64,000 bases of DNA from Deltaproteobacteria bacterium HGW-Deltaproteobacteria-4 (GCA_002841765.1 PHAV01000002.1:201604-265603); one strand, 5' to 3'. Shown: positions 9,723-19,723, numbered from the stretch's first letter. Program-made: numbers and translations. The notes: generated by a model not told the origin, from the letters alone.

Positions 9723-9810
9723 CGCAGATAACATCTGAAGAGGCATGATTAAGCATAGAGTTAAATGTTTAGACCAATCGGAAGTTATCAGTTTTGATCA
9801 GCGTCCCATG
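9723..9810. repeat. Dispersed non-coding repeat family B, copy 1
   Basis: 9733-9810 aligns by hand to 38886-38965 at 62/80 columns, same orientation. Confidence 0.75.
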
Positions 9811-10201
9811 GTACTGGTTCAGATTTTCATAGATTCGGGAGTCTGCGTCTCTTGATTTAAACCTAAGTATTCATAATCTTATATATTTATTGGCTTTAGT
9901 TGCTGTAAGGGGAAAAGTAAAGGATTTTCTAAATTATTTTTTTCAAATTAAAATATAAGTCATATAGTCTACATTAGCAATATTGCTAAGTTAGAAAAAA
10001 TTGTTTTGCCCCGCCAAACATCCTGAACTCCTCCCCCCCTTGCATAAAACTGCTCTTTCCCCCCATAGTTTGATTAAGTAAATCCCCTACTTTTGACTGG
10101 GGAATCTACCCGTCGCGTTGTGAGCTAATTTCTGCCGGTTGGGCAGTTTAGTGCTGATTGACTTTTTATTGCATTGAATTATTTTAATTCAGGGAGGTTT
10201 C

Positions 10202-10780
10202 ATGCGTTCACTATTCTTGCGGGGTTTTATCCTCCTTGCCCTCCTTGGCGGCTTGCTGCCGTCCAGCCTCTGTCACGCAGCTGACACCAGATATAAACGT
10301 TCGGTAGAGAAATATACGATTCCGGATGTGACCCTGACCAATCAGGATGGCAAAAAAGTTCAGCTGAAGTCCCTCCTTGAAGCCGACCATCCCGTTGTTG
10401 TCGACTTTATCTATGGCACCTGTACCACCATCTGTCCGGTTCTCTCTGTCGGTTTTCTCAATCTGCAAAAGAAAGTCACGGCCAGCGGCGGCAAGGTGAA
10501 GCTGGTCTCGATCACGATCGACCCGGAAAATGATAACCCCAAGATCTTGAAAGAATATCTGCAGCGTTATCGCGCCAAGCCGGGCTGGGATTTCCTGACC
10601 GGCAGTCGTGCGGACATCAATACGGTGATGCGGGCCTTTGATGCCTATATTCCCGACAAGATGTCGCACTATCCGATCAACCTCATCCGTTCCCCCAAGG
10701 ACGGCAGCTGGGTGCGTCTCTTCGGCATCATGAGCGGCAAAGAGTTTATAGACGAGTATCAACAGGTGACAGGGAAATGA
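10202..10780 (+). CDS. SCO1/SenC-family copper chaperone, exported
   Basis: Signal peptide, DVTLTNQDGK, CxxxC (CTTIC), VSITIDPENDNP, WDFLTG, conserved His (MSH). Confidence 0.9.
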   Translation: MRSLFLRGFILLALLGGLLPSSLCHAADTRYKRSVEKYTIPDVTLTNQDGKKVQLKSLLEADHPVVVDFIYGTCTTICPVLSVGFLNLQKKVTASGGKVKLVSITIDPENDNPKILKEYLQRYRAKPGWDFLTGSRADINTVMRAFDAYIPDKMSHYPINLIRSPKDGSWVRLFGIMSGKEFIDEYQQVTGK

Positions 10781-12474
10781 CCCGCATCGGGATATTCTTG
10801 CTTGTCTGGTTTTTCATCTCCTTCGGACCGCGCGCTCAGGCCGAGGACCAGGGGATGACGACCAAGCTCAGCAATGCCGAGATCATGCGTCTCGGCGAAC
10901 AGATGTACCGGTATGGCCTTCTCCCTTCCGGTGAACCGATGGAAGCCTTCATTCGTGGCGATATTCCCGTCGACAGCACGGCTTTTTCGTGCTCCAGCTG
11001 CCATCTGCGCGCCGGACTGGGATCTTATGAAGGGGGTGTCGTCACCCCGCCGACCACCGGGCGCCGGCTTTATCAACCCTATCGGCGGCCCCCCTCCTTT
11101 GATGACGTCATTGACCAGGCCGGCCGTTATGTTTATGCCAAGACCATCCCGCATCGCGGCGCTTATAGCAAAGAGAGTCTGGCGATTGCTCTGTGGAATG
11201 GCATCGACCCGGGCGGCCAGGAGTTCAATCCGGTCATGCCGCGTTATCTGCTGTCTGAGCGCGATATGGATATTTTGATCCGCTATCTCGAAGAGCTCTC
11301 GGCGAACGATTCACCCGGAGTGACCGGGTCTTCTTTTTCTTTTGCGACGATTATCACCGACGATGTCAGCGCCGAAGACCGTCAGGCCTTGCTCGTCCCC
11401 CTCGAGCGCTTTGTCGCCGCAAGAAATCAGCAGGTCCGGATGTATGACGATTTCATCAAGTTCGGTTATACCCCGACGAACGATATGAAGTATGCCTTCC
11501 GTCCGGCGTCGCTGACCGTCTGGGAGCTCAAGGGGCCGCCGGAGACCTGGCCGGACCAGTTGCAGGCCTATTACGACAAGGGACCGGTCTTTGCCATCCT
11601 TGGCGGGATATCCAATAGCGATTGGCGCCCGATCCACGAATTTTGCGAAGCGCAGCGTTTGCCTTGTCTCTACCCGATCACCAATTACCCGGTGGTCTCC
11701 GAAACGGATTGGTACACCGTCTATTTCAACAAAGGTTTTTATCAGGAAGGGGAGGGGGCGGCCCTTTACCTGAAGAATAGCGAAGACTTCTCCGAAGATG
11801 ACAAAATTCTGCAGCTGGTGCAGGATTCCCTCGCCGGCAAGGCTCTGTCCGCCGGATTTGACAATACCTGGAGCAACTTGCAGCGCCCGGCGGCCAAGAC
11901 TCTCCTCCTCAGTAAAGAACAGCTCCTTGACCAAAAGTTTTTGGCGGCCCTGTTGAAAAAGAATAAAGCCGATGTCCTGCTCCTCTGGGGCGACGGCGAT
12001 CTGGTCCCGGCGCTGCCGGCCATCGTCTCCAAGCTGGCGGCCGGAGCGCAGATCTTTGTTTCATCGACCTTCCTCGGCAAAGAAACCTCCTTGATCGCCG
12101 AATCAATCCGGAGCCGGGTCTTTATTACCTTTCCGTTTCGGTTGACCCCTTTTGTCGGTTCCAAAGAGAGTTTTGACGCCAAGGTTCCGACTCTGACCAC
12201 CGCCAAAGATTTCGGTGACCGCAGGATCACCAGTCGCACCGAGACCATGCTGCAGCAGTCCGCTCTGCAGGGGTTAAAACTCCTTTACGACAACCTTTTT
12301 CGCGATTATTTACTGGATGTCATGAGCATGCAGATGGATCAAATCGTCTTTGATTATGAACGTCTCAGTTTTGGTCCCGGACAACGCTACACCTCTAAGG
12401 GATGTTACATCCTGCAGCTCGGCGCAGGAGCGGATCCGCAGTTAATCCCCCGTAGTGAGTGGGTGATGCATTAA
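10777..12474 (+). CDS. Monoheme c-type cytochrome fused to a periplasmic-binding-protein-like domain
   Basis: Signal peptide, single CxxCH (CSSCH), MPRY distal Met, C-terminal alpha/beta region (VFAILGG, LPCLYP); ATGA overlap with SCO gene. Confidence 0.75.
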   Translation: MTRIGIFLLVWFFISFGPRAQAEDQGMTTKLSNAEIMRLGEQMYRYGLLPSGEPMEAFIRGDIPVDSTAFSCSSCHLRAGLGSYEGGVVTPPTTGRRLYQPYRRPPSFDDVIDQAGRYVYAKTIPHRGAYSKESLAIALWNGIDPGGQEFNPVMPRYLLSERDMDILIRYLEELSANDSPGVTGSSFSFATIITDDVSAEDRQALLVPLERFVAARNQQVRMYDDFIKFGYTPTNDMKYAFRPASLTVWELKGPPETWPDQLQAYYDKGPVFAILGGISNSDWRPIHEFCEAQRLPCLYPITNYPVVSETDWYTVYFNKGFYQEGEGAALYLKNSEDFSEDDKILQLVQDSLAGKALSAGFDNTWSNLQRPAAKTLLLSKEQLLDQKFLAALLKKNKADVLLLWGDGDLVPALPAIVSKLAAGAQIFVSSTFLGKETSLIAESIRSRVFITFPFRLTPFVGSKESFDAKVPTLTTAKDFGDRRITSRTETMLQQSALQGLKLLYDNLFRDYLLDVMSMQMDQIVFDYERLSFGPGQRYTSKGCYILQLGAGADPQLIPRSEWVMH

Positions 12475-12619
12475 GTAAAAAACGCGCAGGAACAACACAA
12501 AGACCACTTATGGGACAAAGTCGTCCTGAATAGTTATAAATGGCGCAAAACTGGTCTGTTGACACTGTCGTCGATAGCCAAAGATTTTTAGAAACAACAA
12601 AGATTTGGGAGGTATTTTA

Positions 12620-15600
12620 ATGAAGAAACAAGTGTCGAAAGTTTTTTGGAGGCTGGGGCTGTTCACCGCCCTGACAACCCTTGGAGGGGGGCTGGCGTTT
12701 GCGGCTGACACAGTCGAGGATCCGATTCTCGCTGCGAAAACCGCTCAGGTTTATAGCCAGATGGAGCAGCGCGTCACCGATGAAGAGCGGGCCCAGGCAG
12801 CGGCGGCCCTCAAGGCTTTGCGCATACAGGTCTATGAAGCCAAAAAGGCGGTCGCCAAGTCGAAGGATGGCGCTCCGGCCAAAGGGATCGAAGTGCTTGA
12901 TTTCAAAGCCATCCCCACCGGCCCCTTTGACGCCAATGGCAAACCGTCCGTTCCCGACTACTACACCACCGCCAACTGGGCGAACAGTCCCCCTTTGGCG
13001 AAATTTGTCGATACCCTGCCGGGTCTTGGCCCGGACAATGCCAACAATCTCGGCAAATATCTGCCGGTTGCGGTCCCGGATACCGTGACTTATCCGGGCT
13101 CGGACTATTACGAGATCGATCTCGTCGAATACAATCAGCAAATGCACTCCGACCTCCCCAAATCAGGGACCAAGCTCCGTGGTTACGTGCAGGCCAACGT
13201 CAATGGGGGAAGCAACACGGCCTGTGGGAACGAGACTGGCGTCGAGTGTAATGATCCCATGCCGGTTCTTTATCTCGGTCCGGTGATCGTCTCCGAAAGA
13301 GACCGTCCGGTCCGCATCAAGTTCACCAACCGTCTCCCGAATACCGGAGCCGGCGGCGATCTCTTTATCCCGGTTGACACCTCGGTCATGGGCGCCGGGA
13401 CCGGCCCGGCTTATATGGGGGTCAGTCGCGGTTTAGGTGAGCCTTGCAACAACGATGTCGAACCGAATGGCTGCGCTACGTATCCGCAGAATCGCGGTAA
13501 CATCCATATGCATGGCGGACGCACTCCCTGGATCAGTGACGGGACGCCGCATCAGTGGATTACTCCCGCCGATGAGAATACCCCCTTCGTTAAAGGGGTA
13601 AGTCTGCAGAATGTTCCGGATATGCCCGATCCGGGGGACGGCGCATCGACCTATTACTTCACCAACCAGCAAAGCGCCCGGTTGATGTTCTATCATGACC
13701 ATTCCTTCGGCATTACCCGCCTCAACGTTTATGTCGGTGGAGCCGCCGGATACCTGATCACCGATGAGTATGAACAGGAGTTGATTAACGATGGTCTTAT
13801 CCCCGAAGACCAGATCCCTCTGGTGCTGCAGGATAAAACTTTTGTCGATGCGTCCGAGATTCGCAAATACGATCCCCTCTGGAACTGGGGCAGCGGCGCC
13901 GTTGACCCGGTGACCAAAGTCCGCGAGCCGGTCGAAGGCGACCTCTGGCTGCCGCATGTCTATATGCCTGCCCAAACCTCGATCGCCGGCTTCGGCGGCG
14001 TCAATCCTTTCGGGCGCTGGATGTATGGCCCCTGGTTCTACCCGGCGACAGCCGTGGAAAAAGGACCGGTTGCCAACCCCTATTACGATCCGGATTGCAG
14101 CAGCACAGTCCCCTATATCCTTGCCGACTGCCAAACTCCCGGCCAGCCGGAACAGATCCCCGGCACTCCCAACACCTCGATGGGGATGGAAGCTTTTCAG
14201 GATAGCGTCGTCGTGAACGGGACAGCTTTCCCGACCCTGACGGTCGATCCCCGGGCTTATCGTTTCCGCATTCTTAATGCGGCCAGCGACCGCTTCTGGA
14301 ATCTCTCATTCTATGAAGCCGACTCTGACCCGAACAATATCAGCCCCGATCCACGCCTCGACCCGACTTCCCCGAGTTATCTGCCCGGTCGTTCCAACAG
14401 AACCGAAGTCAAAATCCTGCCGGCCTCCATTGATCTCGCCAAGCAGAACAATTGGCCGGAAAACTGGCCGGTTGACGGCCGCGACGGCGGCGTCCCCGAC
14501 CCCGCGACCAAGGGTCCGAGCTTTCTGCAGATCGGGACCGAAGGCGGTTTCCTGCCGAAACCGACCATCCGCGAGGCGCAGCCGGTCACCTGGATGAGCG
14601 ATCCCACCGCTTTCTGGGTCGGCGTGGTTGACAAAACCGGTCTGGCCCTCGGCCCGGCCGAGCGTGCCGACGTTATCGTTGACTTCAGCGCGTATGCCGG
14701 CAAAACCCTCATCCTTTACAACGATGCACCGGCCGCGTGGCCAGCTCGCGTGGCCAGCTACGATTACTTCACCGGCGCAGAAGATCTGCGTTCCGGCGGC
14801 GGTTACGGTGCCGGCGGAGTCTACAATCCGATCACCGGTGAATGGGAAGGCGGCCACGGCATTCTGCCCGGTTATGCCCCGAATACCCGGACGGTCATGC
14901 AGATCGTCGTCACCGGCGGCACCTCCGGCTTGGAGGCTGTCGATGAACCCTACGAATTCGACCCGGTTGCCCTGCATGAAGTGTTTGTCCCCACTGATCC
15001 GGAAACCGAAAGTCTCTTCTCCCGGGCCCAAGAGCCGATCATTGTCGGTCAAGCGGCTTATCAGGATGTGTATCCTGATTCCTACTTCCCGACCAACTTC
15101 CCCTGGGAAGGGGTCTCCCAGATTAACGACCAGATGCTTAATTTCGTGACGGTCAATAACACCGTTGACAACCCGCAGCATGTTGTCGCCATTCAGGAGC
15201 CCAAAGGGATTCATGATGAAATGGGCGCTTCTTTCGACCCGATCTACGGTCGGATGAGCGGTAACCTCGCCATGCAGTTGCCCAACCCCACCACCCTCAA
15301 TGCCCTGCTGATCCTTTATGGCTTCTCGGATATTCCGACCGAAGTCATCGAAAACTCGACAGAGCTGGATGTCAGTATTGTCCCCGGCACCACCACCCTG
15401 GCCGATGGCACCCAGATCTGGAAGATTTCGCACAACGGGGTCGATACCCACCCGATTCACTTCCATATCTTCGACGTGCAGTTGATCAATCGCGTCGGCT
15501 GGGATGGCCAGATTGCCCTCCCCGAAGAGAACGAGCTTGGCTGGAAAGACACCATCAAAGTCAGCCCGCTCATGGACACCATCGTTGCCGTACGGCCCCG

Positions 15601-18600
15601 TGCTCCGGCACTCCCCTTCGGCATCACCAACAGTCTGCGCCCGCTCAATCCAGCCATCCCGATCGATTCACCGATGGGCTTCAACAGCGTCGACTGGCAA
15701 ACCGGCGAAGCGAGAAACGAAGCGGTCACCAATGTCCTGTACAACTTCGGTTGGGAGTATGTCTGGCATTGCCACATCCTCAGCCATGAAGAGATGGATA
15801 TGATGCGGCCGATCGTGCTGAATGTCGCTACCGCCAAAGTGAGTGATTTCAGCTCCCCGGCCCCTGGCACTGCTCCGCAGGGTGTCGATGTCACCTGGAT
15901 GGATCCGACCCCGGTTGATTATGAAAATAATAGCGGTTTCGGCAATCCTGACAACGAAATCGGTTTCAAAATCTGGCGCTCCGCCGGCGCTACCGGCCCT
16001 TACACCAAGGTCGGCGCAGCTCTTGCCAACCAGACCACCTATAACGATAAAGACGGCTCCATTGCTGACGATTATGTCATCGAAGCTTTCAACGCCAGCG
16101 GCTCGACCTTCTCCTGGGTGAGTCCGGTCTCCCTTACTGTTGATGGCGGCTTTATTGCCCCGGCCACATTCACCCTGACGGCGACCGTCACACAGCCCTT
16201 GCTCCAGAGCGTCACCAAGGTGGAGTTCTTCAACGGCGACACCCTGATCGGCACTGATCTTGACGCTCCTTACACGGTCACTTTAACAGGGATGCAGCAA
16301 GGGTCTTTCGATTTAAAGGCGAGAGCCACGACCGATACACCGACAGAGAAAGGCCTTGAGGCTTTTGATACACTGACAGTCGATGTCAACACCAGTGGTC
16401 TGGCTGCTGATTTCACCGTCAATAACGGCGTTGAAATCGGCGTTTGTGATACCAGCACCCTTTATGACGCCAGCACCGGTGGCACCGCTACGGCCTGGGA
16501 ATGGCTGGTCAACGGCGTGACTTACACCACGCAAAATCCTGACCTCCCCGTCCTTCCGGCCGGGATTTACCCTGTCACCCTGAAAGTCACCGGCACCAGC
16601 GGTGAAGTCGCATCGGTGACCCAAGATGTAGAAATTGTCAATCATCCCCCGACCGCCGATGCCGGTGGACCGTACACGCTCAATTTTAATGGGACCGTTG
16701 CTCTTACAGGTTCCGGTGCTGATGCTCTCGATCCCTGCAACACCGCTTTCACCTATGCCTGGGATATTGATGGTGATGGAACATTTGAATATTCGCCCAA
16801 TCGGACGATCAGGTATTCCGTTATCCAGCCTTTACTTGGCTCGGGCGATTATCCGATCACCTTTAAAGTGACGGATTCAGGTGGTGCGTTTGCTACGGCT
16901 GATACAACTTTAAGTGTCGGGCCGGCACCGAATGCTGATGCTCCGGCAACCATCACTGTTCCGGCGTACAGTTCGACCGGCAGCTACACCATCTCCTGGG
17001 CTCCGGCAACCATCGTCGGCGCGACCTACACCCTCGAAGAAGCGACGGATAGCAATTTTACTAACGCCACCGTCGTCGCTTCCGGACTCACCACCACCTC
17101 AAAAGCGATTACCGGCAAGACCGGTGGTCTTTACTTTTATCGTGTCCAAACCATCGCCGTCGCCACCGTCCCCAGTACCTGGACCGCTGGTAATAACCCC
17201 TGCGCTATTCTGATCACGGCCATAACTGACCCTGTCAACGGCGCAAACTTCAATCCCGGCCAGTTGACGGCCATTGTCGGGACTGCGACCACCCCGACTG
17301 GTTATGTTGTCGCCAGCATGGCGTTTTACGAAAACGGTGTCCTGATCGGTACGGACAGCGATGGCGCACCTTATACCGTCGCTTACAACCCGACCAGTGG
17401 CGCCCACCTCCTGACCGCGACCACGACTTATGTTGGTGGCGCAGTATCGCCTTCATCTGATGTGGCGATTGCAATTGCCGGGGTCGATGCACCGGTCCTG
17501 ACCACAAGCAGCGCAATCTATGATCTTGGTGGCACCATCACCTTGAATGTCACACCGGCAGCCGTTGTCGGGGTTTTTCCTGTACCGACAGTTGTCGCTG
17601 TTGCCTACTATGAAAATGGCACACCCATTGGCTTTGATGACACTGCACCGTACAGCTTGGCCTGGGTACCGGCGACGGGTGGTGCAAAGGGTGTGACGGC
17701 TGTGGCTCTTTACAGCAATGGCATGTCAGCGACTTCGGCGGTGTTGTCGTTGTCATTGAACACGCAGGTTGCTGCTCCTGGTTTGATTTCTGTGCCAACC
17801 ACTAGTCCGACCGGGACTTATACAGTATCGTGGGGAGCCTCGGCGACGAGTGAAGTGACTTATGTGCTGGAAGAGTCTACGACAAATACTTTTGATGTCG
17901 TGACGTCACATCTGCCATCTAATTGGGCAACGACATCATTTGATATTATGGGAAAGTCTGGCGGGACATATTACTATCGCGTCTCGGCTGTGAAAGCCCC
18001 AATGGTAGCTAGTAATTGGACTGTTGATGGGAATGGTATATTTGTCGGTGCTCAAGCTCCTGCATTACTCAGCGTACCTGCGATCCCAACTAACGGGAAG
18101 GCCACCGTTCTGGCAGCAACCTCGCCAACACCTGGTGCAATATATCTCTTCGAATACAGCACTGACGGTTCGACTTGGACTGTAGCCTCTAATAGCACCA
18201 ATCGCGAGCCAATCATCACCTTACCGGCTCCGAATAACTACCAGTTCCGGGTTTCGGTGACAGCTACAGGCTATCAGCAGAGCAAATACACCGCTGGAAG
18301 TAATAATTGTAATTGGGTTGTTGTCCAAGCAACGGCACCGGTGACATTATCTGTTCCCGTAGCTCCAACCAACAGCAAGGTTGCTGTTCTGGCTGCGACC
18401 TCGCCGACGCCCGGTGCAATTTATCTTTTCGAATATAGTACTAACGGGGCGACATGGAGTATTGGCTCTAATAGTACTAATCGCGGGCCAACAATCACAT
18501 TGCCGGCACCCGGCAACTACCAGTTCCGGGTTTCAGTGACAGCAACCAATTTTACGCAGAGCGATTACACATCTGGCACTAATAACTGCAACTGGGTAGT

Positions 18601-19723
18601 CGTGCCAGCAACTGCACCTTCAACGCTATCTGTACCCCTGACTTCAACGAATGGGAAGGTCACGGTCCTGGCCGCAACCTCACCGACGCCGGGTGCTATT
18701 TATCTTGTCGAATACAGCACTAACGGATCGACCTGGAGTATCGGCTCCAATAGCACTAATCGCGGGCCAACCATCACACTGCCGGCACCTGGCAACTATC
18801 AGTTCCGGGTTTCAGTGACAGCAAGCAATTTTACGAAGAGCAGTTACACCCTTGGTAGCAACAACTGCAGCTGGGTAGCACCTCCTGCTACAGCACCGTC
18901 GTCTTTAAGTGTCCCTGCAATATCAACCAACGGAACAGTTGCATTGTTGGCGTCAATCTCTGCGACACCTAGTGCTATTTATTTGTTCGAATACAGTGTT
19001 GACGGTTCGACTTGGAGTACTGGCTATAGCGGTACAAATATTAACCCAACCATAACCCTGCCGGCTTCTGGCAACTACCAGTTCCGGGTTTCAGTAACAT
19101 CAGCAGCCTTTTCACAAAGTACGTTCACAATGGGCGGTAACAACTGTTATTGGTCAGGTGTAGTCCAGGCAGCGGCGCCAACAAGCCTGTCTGTACCCGT
19201 AGCGCCAACCGATGGAAAGGTTACGGTACTGGCCGCAACCTCGCCAACGCCGGGCGCGATTTATCTTGTCGAATACAGTACCGACGGTTTGACCTGGTCG
19301 AGTATCGGCTCAAATAACAGCGGACGCCAACCAACTATCACCCTGCCTGCCCCTGGCAACTACCAGTTCCGTGTTTCGGTGACAGCCGCAGGATATGCAC
19401 AAAGCACTTACACTGCCGGTAACAATAACTGCAATTGGGTGATTGTACCTGCAACGGCACCAGCGACACTGTCTGTGCCTTTAACTACAACGATCGGGAA
19501 GGTCACGGTTCTGGCCGCTACCTCACCGACGCCGGGTGCTATTTATCTTGTCGAATACAGTACCGACGGTTTGACCTGGTCGAGTATCGGCTCTAATAAC
19601 AGCGGACGCGAACCAACCATCACACTGCCAGCACCTGGTAACTATCAGTTCCGCGTATCGGTGACCGCAACGAACTTCACACAAAGTGGTTTCACCACTG
19701 GCAGTAATAATTGTAGCTGGTAG
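12620..19723 (+). CDS. Giant secreted multicopper oxidase (OmpB-like) with Ig-like, PKD, Fn3 domains and six C-terminal repeats
   Basis: All four MCO copper motifs: HMH (13505), HDH (13694), HPIHFH (15449), HCHILSHEEMDM (15767); Sec-type signal ending AFA; RBS GGAGG before ATG 12620. Confidence 0.92.
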   Translation: MKKQVSKVFWRLGLFTALTTLGGGLAFAADTVEDPILAAKTAQVYSQMEQRVTDEERAQAAAALKALRIQVYEAKKAVAKSKDGAPAKGIEVLDFKAIPTGPFDANGKPSVPDYYTTANWANSPPLAKFVDTLPGLGPDNANNLGKYLPVAVPDTVTYPGSDYYEIDLVEYNQQMHSDLPKSGTKLRGYVQANVNGGSNTACGNETGVECNDPMPVLYLGPVIVSERDRPVRIKFTNRLPNTGAGGDLFIPVDTSVMGAGTGPAYMGVSRGLGEPCNNDVEPNGCATYPQNRGNIHMHGGRTPWISDGTPHQWITPADENTPFVKGVSLQNVPDMPDPGDGASTYYFTNQQSARLMFYHDHSFGITRLNVYVGGAAGYLITDEYEQELINDGLIPEDQIPLVLQDKTFVDASEIRKYDPLWNWGSGAVDPVTKVREPVEGDLWLPHVYMPAQTSIAGFGGVNPFGRWMYGPWFYPATAVEKGPVANPYYDPDCSSTVPYILADCQTPGQPEQIPGTPNTSMGMEAFQDSVVVNGTAFPTLTVDPRAYRFRILNAASDRFWNLSFYEADSDPNNISPDPRLDPTSPSYLPGRSNRTEVKILPASIDLAKQNNWPENWPVDGRDGGVPDPATKGPSFLQIGTEGGFLPKPTIREAQPVTWMSDPTAFWVGVVDKTGLALGPAERADVIVDFSAYAGKTLILYNDAPAAWPARVASYDYFTGAEDLRSGGGYGAGGVYNPITGEWEGGHGILPGYAPNTRTVMQIVVTGGTSGLEAVDEPYEFDPVALHEVFVPTDPETESLFSRAQEPIIVGQAAYQDVYPDSYFPTNFPWEGVSQINDQMLNFVTVNNTVDNPQHVVAIQEPKGIHDEMGASFDPIYGRMSGNLAMQLPNPTTLNALLILYGFSDIPTEVIENSTELDVSIVPGTTTLADGTQIWKISHNGVDTHPIHFHIFDVQLINRVGWDGQIALPEENELGWKDTIKVSPLMDTIVAVRPRAPALPFGITNSLRPLNPAIPIDSPMGFNSVDWQTGEARNEAVTNVLYNFGWEYVWHCHILSHEEMDMMRPIVLNVATAKVSDFSSPAPGTAPQGVDVTWMDPTPVDYENNSGFGNPDNEIGFKIWRSAGATGPYTKVGAALANQTTYNDKDGSIADDYVIEAFNASGSTFSWVSPVSLTVDGGFIAPATFTLTATVTQPLLQSVTKVEFFNGDTLIGTDLDAPYTVTLTGMQQGSFDLKARATTDTPTEKGLEAFDTLTVDVNTSGLAADFTVNNGVEIGVCDTSTLYDASTGGTATAWEWLVNGVTYTTQNPDLPVLPAGIYPVTLKVTGTSGEVASVTQDVEIVNHPPTADAGGPYTLNFNGTVALTGSGADALDPCNTAFTYAWDIDGDGTFEYSPNRTIRYSVIQPLLGSGDYPITFKVTDSGGAFATADTTLSVGPAPNADAPATITVPAYSSTGSYTISWAPATIVGATYTLEEATDSNFTNATVVASGLTTTSKAITGKTGGLYFYRVQTIAVATVPSTWTAGNNPCAILITAITDPVNGANFNPGQLTAIVGTATTPTGYVVASMAFYENGVLIGTDSDGAPYTVAYNPTSGAHLLTATTTYVGGAVSPSSDVAIAIAGVDAPVLTTSSAIYDLGGTITLNVTPAAVVGVFPVPTVVAVAYYENGTPIGFDDTAPYSLAWVPATGGAKGVTAVALYSNGMSATSAVLSLSLNTQVAAPGLISVPTTSPTGTYTVSWGASATSEVTYVLEESTTNTFDVVTSHLPSNWATTSFDIMGKSGGTYYYRVSAVKAPMVASNWTVDGNGIFVGAQAPALLSVPAIPTNGKATVLAATSPTPGAIYLFEYSTDGSTWTVASNSTNREPIITLPAPNNYQFRVSVTATGYQQSKYTAGSNNCNWVVVQATAPVTLSVPVAPTNSKVAVLAATSPTPGAIYLFEYSTNGATWSIGSNSTNRGPTITLPAPGNYQFRVSVTATNFTQSDYTSGTNNCNWVVVPATAPSTLSVPLTSTNGKVTVLAATSPTPGAIYLVEYSTNGSTWSIGSNSTNRGPTITLPAPGNYQFRVSVTASNFTKSSYTLGSNNCSWVAPPATAPSSLSVPAISTNGTVALLASISATPSAIYLFEYSVDGSTWSTGYSGTNINPTITLPASGNYQFRVSVTSAAFSQSTFTMGGNNCYWSGVVQAAAPTSLSVPVAPTDGKVTVLAATSPTPGAIYLVEYSTDGLTWSSIGSNNSGRQPTITLPAPGNYQFRVSVTAAGYAQSTYTAGNNNCNWVIVPATAPATLSVPLTTTIGKVTVLAATSPTPGAIYLVEYSTDGLTWSSIGSNNSGREPTITLPAPGNYQFRVSVTATNFTQSGFTTGSNNCSW
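18044..19720 (+). repeat. Six tandem intragenic repeats of 279-282 bp (93-94 aa)
   Basis: Units start at about 18044, 18323, 18602, 18881, 19163, 19445; consensus AP..LSVP....GKVTVLAATSPTPGAIYL.EYST.G.TW...PTITLPAPGNYQFRVSVTA..NNC.W. Confidence 0.95.

Noticed and set aside
12480-12600. Possible GEMM-I (c-di-GMP/cGAMP) riboswitch before the MCO (GGCGCAAAAC..GGTCT..GATAGCC)
   Set aside because: Only scattered motif echoes. There is no GGCAAACC start or GAAA-capped P1 stem, and the pairing cannot be built. An Infernal search with RF01051 would settle it.
18044-19720. CRISPR-like or mobile repeat array
   Set aside because: The units are 279-282 bp, in frame and protein-coding, with no repeat-spacer structure and no cas genes.
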